Sequence record: DRR723986_3513
Reading direction: 5' to 3' (one strand)
DNA: 44,907 nucleotides
Of the stretch, positions 1-8,499 are shown one piece after another (position 1 is the first letter of the stretch; each line of letters opens with the position of its first letter). The translations under genes and the position numbers were made by a program. The notes below the pieces were generated by a model that saw nothing but the letters and a program-made list of their open reading frames with translations, did not search any database and was not told the origin of the DNA.

Positions 1-385
1 CGGCCAGTCCTCGATCACCACTGTACGCCTGAGTGGTCAAGAACTCGGTACCAGGGGACAGTTTGCCCAGCGTTTCCAGCTTCTCAATCTTGTGTTGTAG
101 TCGACCGATCTTGGTTTCGTTCATTTCCATCGTGCCGAGTTCAACAGCATTGTCGATGGAGATGCGTCGGATGTGATCGATGGCTTTCTTGCGATCTTCC
201 ATCGGTCGTGATCGCAGTTGCTCAAACGCTTCCCGAGCGGCAGCCACGGCGGCATCGGCGCAGTCGAACTGTCCATGGCGGCCAGCGGATGAGCTCGGCG
301 CAGTCGCGCCAGCGGGTGCTTGGCCACGAACTTCTTCGATTACCTGAGTGACAACACTTCGAATCAGATCTTCACTTATCTGCAT
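1..385 (-). CDS. BMC-associated CoA-acylating aldehyde dehydrogenase (PduP/EutE-like), N-terminal part; runs off the left edge
   Basis: Not in the ORF track. Manual translation from ATG at 385: MQISEDLIRSVVTQVIEEVRGQAPAGATAPSSSAGRHGQFDCADAAVAAAREAFEQLRSRPMEDRKKAIDHIRRISIDNAVELGTMEMNETKIGRLQHKIEKLETLGKLSPGTEFLTTQAYSGDRGLA, open to base 1. It has PduP/EutE-type ETxxGR...K...PGxExL...SGDxGL motifs, an N-terminal encapsulation-peptide-like helix, and lies inside a BMC operon. Confidence 0.9.
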   Translation of the reverse strand, partial: MQISEDLIRSVVTQVIEEVRGQAPAGATAPSSSAGRHGQFDCADAAVAAAREAFEQLRSRPMEDRKKAIDHIRRISIDNAVELGTMEMNETKIGRLQHKIEKLETLGKLSPGTEFLTTQAYSGDRGLA

Positions 386-451
386 TTTGTCGTTTCCACG
401 ATTTGAATGGTTCGTTTCGCTCGGGGCCTACGCAATAGCGGTGTAGGCCAA

Positions 452-766
452 TCATCCATCCTGGCGACTGTAAACGGCGTTTTTTTCGATATTGACTGAG
501 TCGACGATTCCGATGACGACACAGTCGATAGGTAGTTTTTGTGTTTCGGGAGTGAAGCGTGCGCTGCTGCCCTGAACAATCAATACGAAGTCGCCTTCGC
601 CAGCACCGAGTGTGTCGACAGCCACGAACGTTCGACCAGTCGTCGTCAATTCACTGCGGCTCTTGCCGTCGAGCCGGTAGGGTTCAACGACGAGTAGCTT
701 TTGCCCTCGCATTGTTTCGACTTTCTCAGTCGAAACGACCGAGCCAGTTACTTTGGCAACAAACAT
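452..766 (-). CDS. BMC vertex (pentamer) protein, EutN/CcmL family
   Basis: MFVAKVTGSVVSTEK...VAVDTLGAGEGDFVL...GSSAR...PIDCVVIGIVD is the EutN/CcmL signature. Confidence 0.95.
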   Translation of the reverse strand: MFVAKVTGSVVSTEKVETMRGQKLLVVEPYRLDGKSRSELTTTGRTFVAVDTLGAGEGDFVLIVQGSSARFTPETQKLPIDCVVIGIVDSVNIEKNAVYSRQDG

Positions 767-812
767 CGTTTGCTTCTTCCTCTAATTTCCGGCGTGCCGG
801 TTCTTGGCTCTG

Positions 813-2018
813 TTAGCCCGCAAGTGCTTTTACCGTTTGCCTCGCCACGATGACTTCCTCGTTGGTCGGCACAACCCAAATCTGTGCCGCAGCGGTTGAG
901 TCATCTATGCGAGTCTCTGTTGCGCGTGTTTTAGCATTCTTGGCATCGTCAAGTTTGAATCCTAGTTCCGAGAGTCCGTCGCAGACCGCAGAACGAATGG
1001 AAGCACCGTTTTCACCGATTCCGCCCGTGAATACTAAAGCGTCGCAGCCTCCCAGGGCTACCAGCATTGATCCAAGTTGTCGCCTGAGTTCTGCAACGTA
1101 GACATCCAGCGAGAGCTGAGCGTCTTCGTTTCCTTCTGCAGCAGCGGCTTCTAAATCGCGAATGTCACCACTGAGACCTCCCGAGACTCCCAGTAGGCCA
1201 CCTTCACTTGCAAGTGTCGCCAGGGTGTTCTCAAGATCCTGGCCCGTGTGTTGCATGATCATCGGCAGGCTAAACGGGTCAAAGTCTCCGACGCGATTAT
1301 TCTGCGGTATGCCAGACTGTGGGCTCATGCCCATTGTCGTGGCAACACTCTTGCCATCATAAATCGCACACAGGCTGCTGGACCCGCCCAGGTGACAGGA
1401 GATCACTCGCTTGCACTCGTCACCAAGCAGCTCGTGGGTGCGAGTTGCGATGTAACGATGGCTTGCGCCGTGGAACCCCCACTTTCGCAGCGGCAACTCT
1501 TCGCTCCATGCCTTGGGTACGGCATAGTGCTTTCGAGCATCAGGGATGGTTTGATGAAAATCGGTTTCGAAAGCGGCTACCAATGGAATGTCCGGAACAG
1601 TTTCCGCAAGTTGTCGCATGGCTGCGATGTACGGCGGGTTGTGTGCCGGAGCTACTTTGGCGACTTCCTGCATCGCTTCGAGAACGGATTCATCTATTTT
1701 GAACACACCTTGTTTGCGTCCACCATGGACCGCTTTAAACCCAATCGCAGCAATCTCGGACGCATCGTTAATGCATCCCGACTTTGGGTCTGTTAGCTGC
1801 GAAATGCAGGCTTCGACGGCAATCCCGTGATGGGGCACTTTCAGGGTGAGTTGTGTTTCTGTACCACCAATTTCAACCGTACACTGGCTTTCTTCGCTGC
1901 CGATTCGCTCCACACCCCCTTTGGCTAGTTGCTGCGGGGAGCCGTCGAGTCCATCGGGCATATCAAAAAGTCGGTATTTGAAGCTGGTCGATCCTAGGTT
2001 TGCAACAAGTACTTTCAT
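813..2018 (-). CDS. ackA: Acetate/propionate kinase of the BMC locus
   Basis: Motifs MKVLVANLGSTSFKY, VHGG, APAHNP, GFHGASH, CHLGGSSS, FTGGIGEN and PTNEE. Confidence 0.93.
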   Translation of the reverse strand: MKVLVANLGSTSFKYRLFDMPDGLDGSPQQLAKGGVERIGSEESQCTVEIGGTETQLTLKVPHHGIAVEACISQLTDPKSGCINDASEIAAIGFKAVHGGRKQGVFKIDESVLEAMQEVAKVAPAHNPPYIAAMRQLAETVPDIPLVAAFETDFHQTIPDARKHYAVPKAWSEELPLRKWGFHGASHRYIATRTHELLGDECKRVISCHLGGSSSLCAIYDGKSVATTMGMSPQSGIPQNNRVGDFDPFSLPMIMQHTGQDLENTLATLASEGGLLGVSGGLSGDIRDLEAAAAEGNEDAQLSLDVYVAELRRQLGSMLVALGGCDALVFTGGIGENGASIRSAVCDGLSELGFKLDDAKNAKTRATETRIDDSTAAAQIWVVPTNEEVIVARQTVKALAG

Positions 2019-2078
2019 CCGTGTTTTTCCTGCGACAAAATTGGTAGCGATACAGTCGGCTGTGGCAGAACCTTCGAC

Positions 2079-2348
2079 TTAGGCGAAGAAGGCCGTATCA
2101 AGTCCTTCGGCTGGGCGAGGAATGATGTGGCTGCCAACTAGGTCGCCAACTTGCGAAGCGGCTGAAGCACCCGCTTCGACGGCAGCGCGAACACTGCCAA
2201 CGTCGCCGCTAACAACGGTGGTGACCAAGCCGCCGCCGATGTCGACGCGCTTTACGATATTTACGCTAGCGGCTTTCACCATTGCGTCGGTCGCTTCTAC
2301 GAGTGCCAGCAAGCCCTTCGTTTCGATAAGTCCAATTGCGTTTTGCAT
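2079..2348 (-). CDS. BMC-H shell protein
   Basis: MQNAIGLIETKG...DAMVKAASV...GDVGSVRAAVEAG...HIIPRP. Start moved to ATG 2348, where the BMC domain begins. Confidence 0.93.
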   Translation of the reverse strand: MQNAIGLIETKGLLALVEATDAMVKAASVNIVKRVDIGGGLVTTVVSGDVGSVRAAVEAGASAASQVGDLVGSHIIPRPAEGLDTAFFA

Positions 2349-2496
2349 TTTGTTATCCAGGTTGTGTTGTTCAGTTTGTAGGAAGGTAAACTGCAGTTGT
2401 TCGGTGTCGTCTTCCAACGTATTCACTTTGGTGCACCGCCATCTGCGATGAATTGTGGTCCATGCAGGACTGCAAGTTCAAGGATGTGTTTCAGCG

Positions 2497-2781
2497 CTAT
2501 GAGCCGACTTTGAGAACCTTTGGCAGGTCCTCGTGTGGTCGGGCGATCACTTGTACGCTGACGACTTCGCCGATGCGACCTGCTGCTGTTGCTCCAGCGT
2601 CGGTTGCCGCTTTAACGGCAGCTACGTCGCCGGTGACGAATGCCGAAACCATTCCGCTGCCTACCTTGTCCCATCCAATAAACTGCACGTTGGCAGCCTT
2701 CATCATGGCGTCGGTGGCTTCGACAAGGGCGATAAGGCCCTTGGTTTCAATCATTCCTAAGGCTTCTGAGATCTGTGCCAT
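2497..2781 (-). CDS. BMC-H shell protein (PduA/EutM-like)
   Basis: [10 protein letters not shown]...DAMMKAANV...[13 protein letters not shown]...VIARPH. ATG 2781 is preceded by a GAGGAG Shine-Dalgarno. Confidence 0.95.
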   Translation of the reverse strand: MAQISEALGMIETKGLIALVEATDAMMKAANVQFIGWDKVGSGMVSAFVTGDVAAVKAATDAGATAAGRIGEVVSVQVIARPHEDLPKVLKVGS

Positions 2782-2876
2782 GTCCGGTTTTCTCCTCGCT
2801 TTTGGCATCGTAAATTCAGCCCGCGAAGGCTGTCATAAAGGTTCGAAATTTAGTTATGGAAGGAGCTGCGAGTGTG

Positions 2877-3575
2877 CTAACTGGAGCAACTGCAGCCTCC
2901 CTGGGGTTTGAGTTCAACGTGAGTCGCTGCGTCCAAGTTGCACGCATTGCCTTCGTCAGTATCAATGTGAACTTCCAGCTTGGCCGCCGGGTCCGCGCGA
3001 ACGAGCAAGTCGTCGAACGAAACACTGCACTGGTGACTGGTGACTTTGAGTGACATGAAATCGCCATTAGCCACGCCGTAGTAGGCTGCTTCATCGTGGC
3101 TCATGTGTACGTGTCGTGCGGCGCGGATGACCCCCTTGTCTAACTCGACCGTGCCGGCCGGTCCGACCAGTACACAACCGGGCGTGCCGTCTATGTCTCC
3201 GGAGTGCCGAATAGGAGCATCGATTCCAAGGGAAATCGCATCCGTGAGCGCCAATTCCACTTGGCTGTGTCCGCGAGTTGGTCCAAGTACGCGGACCTCT
3301 GGAAGCATGCGGCGTCGAGGGCCGACGATCATGACCGTCTGCTCAGCAGCATAAAAGCCATCCTGGTAAAGCGGCTTTGCTGGGACGAGTGTCTTGCCCT
3401 TTCCGAACAGGCGTTCAACATGTTCGTCTGTAAGGTGGACGTGCCGAGCGGAGATGCTCACCCGTAGGTCGGGCTCAGTTGGCGCGGCGGTGTCCTGGCT
3501 CTGCGAAGCGACTTGCTGAACAACTCGACGAACAAGCTGTTCGATCTGAGAACGGTCTACATGCGCTGTTGTCAT
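2877..3575 (-). CDS. pduL: Phosphate propanoyltransferase PduL with N-terminal encapsulation-peptide-like helix
   Basis: Motifs [29 protein letters not shown] and [10 protein letters not shown]-terminal [18 protein letters not shown]. Confidence 0.93.
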   Translation of the reverse strand: MTTAHVDRSQIEQLVRRVVQQVASQSQDTAAPTEPDLRVSISARHVHLTDEHVERLFGKGKTLVPAKPLYQDGFYAAEQTVMIVGPRRRMLPEVRVLGPTRGHSQVELALTDAISLGIDAPIRHSGDIDGTPGCVLVGPAGTVELDKGVIRAARHVHMSHDEAAYYGVANGDFMSLKVTSHQCSVSFDDLLVRADPAAKLEVHIDTDEGNACNLDAATHVELKPQGGCSCSS

Positions 3576-4405
3576 GCTTCTACTCTTGATTTATGCAGTA
3601 CTAAGTGTGAGCTTGCGATTTTGTCTTCGGCTAATCGATCCGCTAAGACAAGCTCAACGTCGGATTCGGTTAGTTGTTCTTGCCAACGTTTGGGAAGCTC
3701 GCTGTCTGTTACAACGGTTTGAACTGAACGGAGTTCACCCAGCTTCGATAGTGAACTTTTTCCAAACTTGCTACTGTCGGCGACAACGATGGTACGATCA
3801 GCACACTGCATCATGGCTCGTTCTGTTTCGACGAGCAGCAGGTTGCTGTTGTAGTAGCCGCGTTCGTCGGCACCGGCGATGCTGAGGACTGCGGTCTGGA
3901 CGTTCAGTGTTGACAGCATTTCATTGGCGTAAGGCCCAAGCGATACGCCAGTGCGATTGTGAACGTAGCCTCCCAGCAAGACGAGATCGACTTGTTCGCT
4001 TGTCGAAAACAAGTTCGCCAGCGGAAGCGAGTTTGTAACAACTTGCAGCGGAATCCCCGTGAGCTGCTGAGCGAGCTCGTAGGTCGTGCTGCCGCCGTCC
4101 ATCACGAGCGTTTCGTGCGGCTCAATCAATTTGGCCGCGGCCGCTGCGATTTGTCGTTTCTTTTCCCACTGTTCACTTCGGCGATTCTCAAAAACGCCAA
4201 GCGAAGAAGTCGGGCCAGTTGAAAAGACTCCACCATGAGTCCGCTTCGCCTCGCCCTCCCCTTCCAGGAAATCGAGATCGCGACGCACCGTCGACTCGCT
4301 GACTCCCAGCGTCTCGCGAAGCTCTGGCATGGAGACGAATCCCTTCCGCCGGATCAACTCCTTGAGCTGAGATCGTCTTTGGTCAGTTGTGGGAGCAGTG
4401 CTCAA
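3572..4405 (-). CDS. DeoR/GlpR family regulator heading the BMC operon (PvmR-like)
   Basis: [15 protein letters not shown] and RTHGG; sensor-domain motifs DGGSTT, TNSL, ADSSKF. The stop overlaps the pduL start. TTG 4405 is preferred over 4468 because a GAGG lies just upstream. Confidence 0.9.
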   Translation of the reverse strand: MSTAPTTDQRRSQLKELIRRKGFVSMPELRETLGVSESTVRRDLDFLEGEGEAKRTHGGVFSTGPTSSLGVFENRRSEQWEKKRQIAAAAAKLIEPHETLVMDGGSTTYELAQQLTGIPLQVVTNSLPLANLFSTSEQVDLVLLGGYVHNRTGVSLGPYANEMLSTLNVQTAVLSIAGADERGYYNSNLLLVETERAMMQCADRTIVVADSSKFGKSSLSKLGELRSVQTVVTDSELPKRWQEQLTESDVELVLADRLAEDKIASSHLVLHKSRVEA

Positions 4406-4435
4406 CGCCGCCTCGCGATGAAAGCTTTCGTGGAA

Positions 4436-4462
4436 GATTTCCTTCACGCAGTGAAAGAAATC
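4436..4462. promoter_or_regulatory. Inverted repeat, candidate operator of the BMC operon
   Basis: GATTTCCTTCAC-gca-GTGAAAGAAATC: 12-bp arms with 1 mismatch, about 30 nt upstream of the proposed DeoR start. Confidence 0.45.
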
Positions 4463-4709
4463 GCTCATAAGTCTACCACCCCGCGGCGTGTTTTCAAGAC
4501 TTTGGCGGGTTAAAGATTGCGCAATTGCCGCAAATTAACTTTTCCGGCAGCGCAAACGCCACAATCCGTCCTATGCAGCGATGCGTGCGATGGGCGTTCT
4601 CGCGGTCGGATCCGGCCTTCGTTCGATAGGTTCCTTCGGTCAATCCAGCTTGGTTTGAAGCTCCTGCGCTTCAGGAACCGTCTATTTGCAGGTTTGAAAC
4701 GATTTAGGG

Positions 4710-4738
4710 CTGCAAACTCAGGAAAGACCAGTGATAAT
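4710..4738 (+). promoter_or_regulatory. Candidate sigma70 promoter of the metal ABC operon
   Basis: CTGCAA (4710-4715), 17-nt spacer, GATAAT (4733-4738). The -35 is weak. Confidence 0.4.
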
Positions 4739-4742
4739 CATT

Positions 4743-4758
4743 TGTAGCCATGGCTACA
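4743..4758. promoter_or_regulatory. MntR/DtxR-type operator (perfect palindrome)
   Basis: TGTAGCCATGGCTACA is a perfect 16-bp palindrome with a TAGC-N4-GCTA core like the E. coli MntR box. It lies just downstream of the -10 and 22 nt before the ATG. Confidence 0.7.
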
Positions 4759-4780
4759 TTCACCCCGCGTTGGTCCAGCG

Positions 4781-5593
4781 ATGTCCGCCGAAACTGATTC
4801 ACAATCCAGTCCTGAAGCAAACCAGGCGGAGCAACCGCCTTTGGAGGTTGATGATTTAACTGTGGCTTACGATCGCAAGCCTGTGATATGGGATGTCCAG
4901 TTCTCGATTCCGCCTGGCAGTCTGGTTGGTATTGTTGGGCCGAACGGAGCTGGTAAGAGCACGCTCCTGAAAGCGATCATGGGACTAACCAAGACGGCCA
5001 GTGGGCGGGTCCAGGTTTTTGGGACAACCTACCGCAAGGCCCGGCACAGGGTGGGTTACGTTCCGCAGCGCGAGAGTGTCGATTGGGATTTCCCGGTCAC
5101 TGCGGTCGATGTGGTTAGTATGGGGCTGTATTCCAAAATCGGTTGGTTTCGTCCGGTTACGAAACGATACACCGAAGCGGCCTTGGAAGCTCTCGCCCAG
5201 GTTGGCATGGCCGATCTGGCCCATCGTCAGATTAGCCAGCTATCCGGCGGGCAGCAGCAACGGACGTTCCTCGCTCGCGCTTTGGTTCAAGATGCTGATC
5301 TGTATCTCATGGATGAGCCCTTTGCCGCAGTTGACGCGTCGACAGAGAAGGCCATCGTGGGAATTCTGCGCTCCATGAAAGCCGCAGGGAAGACGGCGGT
5401 TGTGATTCATCACGATTTGCAAACCGTGCCAGAGTACTTCGACTATGTCATCTTGCTCAACATGCGGGTCGTCGCCCATGGTGATGTTGGCGACGTCTTT
5501 GTGCCTGAGAATTTGCAAGCAACCTACGGTGGTCGGCTAACGCTGCTCGATGAAGCAACTGAAGCGATGCGGCGCAAAGGGCGGTCGCTCTGA
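4781..5593 (+). CDS. Mn/Zn/Fe ABC transporter ATP-binding protein (TroB/MntB-like)
   Basis: Walker A GPNGAGKST, GYVPQRESVDWDFP, signature LSGGQQQR, Walker B YLMDEP, H-loop IHHD. Confidence 0.95.
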   Translation: MSAETDSQSSPEANQAEQPPLEVDDLTVAYDRKPVIWDVQFSIPPGSLVGIVGPNGAGKSTLLKAIMGLTKTASGRVQVFGTTYRKARHRVGYVPQRESVDWDFPVTAVDVVSMGLYSKIGWFRPVTKRYTEAALEALAQVGMADLAHRQISQLSGGQQQRTFLARALVQDADLYLMDEPFAAVDASTEKAIVGILRSMKAAGKTAVVIHHDLQTVPEYFDYVILLNMRVVAHGDVGDVFVPENLQATYGGRLTLLDEATEAMRRKGRSL

Positions 5594-7086
5594 TGTTTCC
5601 ATTGTGGCGTTCTCAAGTTGTTGTTCGTTGCTCCGTTGCGGCTATCGGTGCAGTTTTCTGTTTACTGACTGCTGCGGTAACTCGTGCTGGCATGCTTGAT
5701 GAGCCTAGCATCGGTCTTGTAAGTGTGACAGAGAATAGCCTGCCCGGTGCGTTCGGCGACGTCTGGCGTGTGCTTACGCTCCGTGATTACAATACTCGGG
5801 TCGTCCTGTTCGGCACTACAATGCTGGGGGCTGCGTCGGGGCTGGTTGGAAGTTTTACATTGCTGCGAAAAAGGGCGTTGATGGGCGACGCGCTTAGTCA
5901 CGCTACGCTTCCCGGGATTGCGATCGCCTTCATGGTTGGCGTGAGTTTGGGGGGCGATGGGAAATGGTCGCCGGGGTTGTTGATCGGCGCAACCATCAGT
6001 GGTGTTATCGGAGTGCTGACAATTCTGTTCCTCAGACGCAACACAAAGCTAAAGGAAGACACAGCTCTGGGGATCGTGCTAAGTGTGTTTTTCGGCGCTG
6101 GGATTGCGCTGATGCGTCTGGGGCAACAAATGGAGGGCGGTTACGCTGCCGGATTGGAGTCCTTTATTCTGGGCAAGACGGCGAGCATGAGGGCGGCAGA
6201 TGCGGTCCTGATTGCGTGGGCCGCCGTACTCGCTTGTGTTGTTTGCCTGGTGTTCTTCAAGGAACTGTGTTTACTGTGTTTCGACGATGCCTACGCGGGC
6301 AGTCGAGGTTATCCAGTGCTCGTGCTAGATCTCGCGCTCATGGCGTGCGTAGTGACCGTGTCCATCGTTGGGTTGCAGGCCGTGGGGCTGGTCCTAATGA
6401 TTGCTTTGTTGATCATTCCGGCTGCAGCAGCCAGGTTTTGGACCCAGTCGCTGAGCATCATGCTCGCGATTGCCGCCTTTATCGGTGGTGCCGGTGCGTG
6501 TTCGGGTGCCCTGTTGAGTGCCATGTGGCCTGATTTGCCCAGCGGCGCAATGATTGTCATTATGTGCGCTGCAATGTTTGCGATCAGTTTAATTTTTGGT
6601 AGTCACCGAGGACTCGTACAGCGGTTACGACTTTCGCGTGCGGTTGAACAGACCGTCGATCGGCAGCACCTGCTGCGCGACTTATTCGAGATTGGCGAGG
6701 CAACTGGGATTCTGAAGCCGTCGACCCAGACCCTTCTCAAGCAAAGGACTTGGTCGAGTTTCCGTCTGCATCAGACGATTCGCCGAGCGGCTTCGCACGG
6801 CTTGGTAACTTTGACGACCAGCGGTGTGAAGTTAACGCGGAAGGGGCGGGTTGAGGCGCGGCGTTTGACACGCGAACATCGACTGTGGGAACTCTATCTG
6901 ATCTCGCACGCCGACATTGCCACCGCCAGGGTGGATCGCGCTGCAGATCGGATTGAACACGTTCTTGAACCTGAAGTTATTGCTGAGCTTGAGTCGTTGC
7001 TTGATCAGGAAACTGCGCTCGTACCCAGCAGTCCACATGCGGCTGAACCATTGGGTGATGCTGCGAGCCCGGAGGCTTCGCAATGA
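5593..7086 (+). CDS. Metal ABC permease (TroC-like) fused to a C-terminal DtxR/MntR-like domain
   Basis: ABC-3 motifs LRKRALMGDALSHATLPG and KEDTALG; C-terminal VKLTRKGRVEARRLTREHRLWELYL...ADRIEH. TGATG overlap with the ATPase gene. Confidence 0.9.
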   Translation: MFPLWRSQVVVRCSVAAIGAVFCLLTAAVTRAGMLDEPSIGLVSVTENSLPGAFGDVWRVLTLRDYNTRVVLFGTTMLGAASGLVGSFTLLRKRALMGDALSHATLPGIAIAFMVGVSLGGDGKWSPGLLIGATISGVIGVLTILFLRRNTKLKEDTALGIVLSVFFGAGIALMRLGQQMEGGYAAGLESFILGKTASMRAADAVLIAWAAVLACVVCLVFFKELCLLCFDDAYAGSRGYPVLVLDLALMACVVTVSIVGLQAVGLVLMIALLIIPAAAARFWTQSLSIMLAIAAFIGGAGACSGALLSAMWPDLPSGAMIVIMCAAMFAISLIFGSHRGLVQRLRLSRAVEQTVDRQHLLRDLFEIGEATGILKPSTQTLLKQRTWSSFRLHQTIRRAASHGLVTLTTSGVKLTRKGRVEARRLTREHRLWELYLISHADIATARVDRAADRIEHVLEPEVIAELESLLDQETALVPSSPHAAEPLGDAASPEASQ

Positions 7087-8432
7087 CGCTCTTGGCGGAA
7101 AGTGGCAGCACGCTGGCAAGCCTGCAGTGGAGTTGGGCACTCGACGGTTGGATTATCGCTGTCGCCTGTTTGTGTGCAGTCTCGGCCAGCCTGCTGGGCA
7201 ATTTTCTTGTCCTGCGGCGTATGAGCATGCTTGGCGATGCTATCAGCCATGCTGTTTTACCAGGGCTCGCTGCCGCGTTCTTTCTTAGTGGAAGTCGCAG
7301 CAGTCTGCCCATGTTTCTGGGGGCGGTCGTGGTCGGTGTGCTGACCGCTTTCTTTACCCAGTGGATTCATCGAGCCGGGCGAGTGGACGAAGGGGCTTCA
7401 ATGGGCGTCGTCTTCACGACCCTGTTCGCGATTGGCTTGTTAATGATTCAACAAGCTGCAAAGAACGTCGACTTGGATGCAAGCTGCGTACTCTATGGTG
7501 CGATCGAGCTAACACCACTGGATCGAGTTTCCATTGCTGGGTTCGACGTGCCGCGGGCGGCAGCAGTATTGTCTATCGTCGCGCTGCTTAACTTCATTTG
7601 CGTGGGGTTGTTCTACAAAGAGCTGAAGTTAGCTTCTTTCGATCCGGCTCTCGCGACAACGCTCGGGTACAATGCAACGTTCATGCACTACCTCTTGATG
7701 GTGCTCGTAGCGATTACCGCAGTAGCCAGTTTTGAAAGTGTCGGAAATGTTCTGGTCGTGGCAATGTTTGTCGTCCCTCCAGCGACGGCATTTCTGTTGA
7801 CGACGCGTCTGCACTTGATGATTGCGATTAGTTTGGTGATCGCGCTGGTTTCGGCTAGTGCTGGTCACTGGAGCGCTATGGTTGTACCGCGGTACTTTGG
7901 ATTTGAGAGTACGACAACGGCCAGCATGATGAGCGTCGTTGCGGGCTGTCTACTGCTGTTGGCAGTTTTGTTTTCTCCTACCCAGGGCGTTGTGGTTCGG
8001 CTGCTTCGACGAGTCGGGTTGTCCATGAGGATTGTTTCGGACGATATCATCGCTGTTGTCTATCGTCACGAAGAAGGCCAAGACGGTGGTCCACCGATTG
8101 AGGTTGAGTCGCTGTCCAAGGTGTTGCTATGTCGCATGGCAACGTTGCGATTGGCGATCAAGCGGCTCCGAAAGGCGGGGGACTTGGAGGGGACCGACGC
8201 TTTGAAGTTGACCAAGCAAGGGCGAGCCAAAGCTCAGAATCTCGTGCGTTCTCACCGATTGTGGGAGCAATACTTGCAAGAACATGCCGGTGTACCGCCG
8301 ACCCGCGTGCACAGCACTGCAGAGCGACTCGAGCACTTTACCGATGTTGGCCTGCGCGGCAAACTGAATGAGGAGACCAATCAGCCGGGACAGGATCCGC
8401 ACGGACGCCCCATTCCTGAGGAAAGCGAATAG
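7083..8432 (+). CDS. Metal ABC permease (TroD-like) fused to a C-terminal DtxR/MntR-like domain
   Basis: LRRMSMLGDAISHAVLPG, FESVG; C-terminal LTKQGRAKAQNLVRSHRLWEQYL...AERLEHF...DPHGRPIP. ATGA overlap with the upstream gene. Confidence 0.92.
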   Translation: MTLLAESGSTLASLQWSWALDGWIIAVACLCAVSASLLGNFLVLRRMSMLGDAISHAVLPGLAAAFFLSGSRSSLPMFLGAVVVGVLTAFFTQWIHRAGRVDEGASMGVVFTTLFAIGLLMIQQAAKNVDLDASCVLYGAIELTPLDRVSIAGFDVPRAAAVLSIVALLNFICVGLFYKELKLASFDPALATTLGYNATFMHYLLMVLVAITAVASFESVGNVLVVAMFVVPPATAFLLTTRLHLMIAISLVIALVSASAGHWSAMVVPRYFGFESTTTASMMSVVAGCLLLLAVLFSPTQGVVVRLLRRVGLSMRIVSDDIIAVVYRHEEGQDGGPPIEVESLSKVLLCRMATLRLAIKRLRKAGDLEGTDALKLTKQGRAKAQNLVRSHRLWEQYLQEHAGVPPTRVHSTAERLEHFTDVGLRGKLNEETNQPGQDPHGRPIPEESE

Positions 8433-8499
8433 ATCGCTCGCCCGCTGCTAATTTCTGCAGGCTGATTCGGCAGGTGATCCTACGAGAAACGGCTGACAA

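Noticed and set aside
121-327. 68-aa ORF in the track
   Set aside because: Wrong-frame overlap with the aldehyde dehydrogenase starting at 385.
425-449. Hairpin GGCCTAC...GTAGGCC between the BMC-P and AldDH genes as a terminator or REP
   Set aside because: No U-tract on the coding strand and no second copy; at most an mRNA-stabilising stem.
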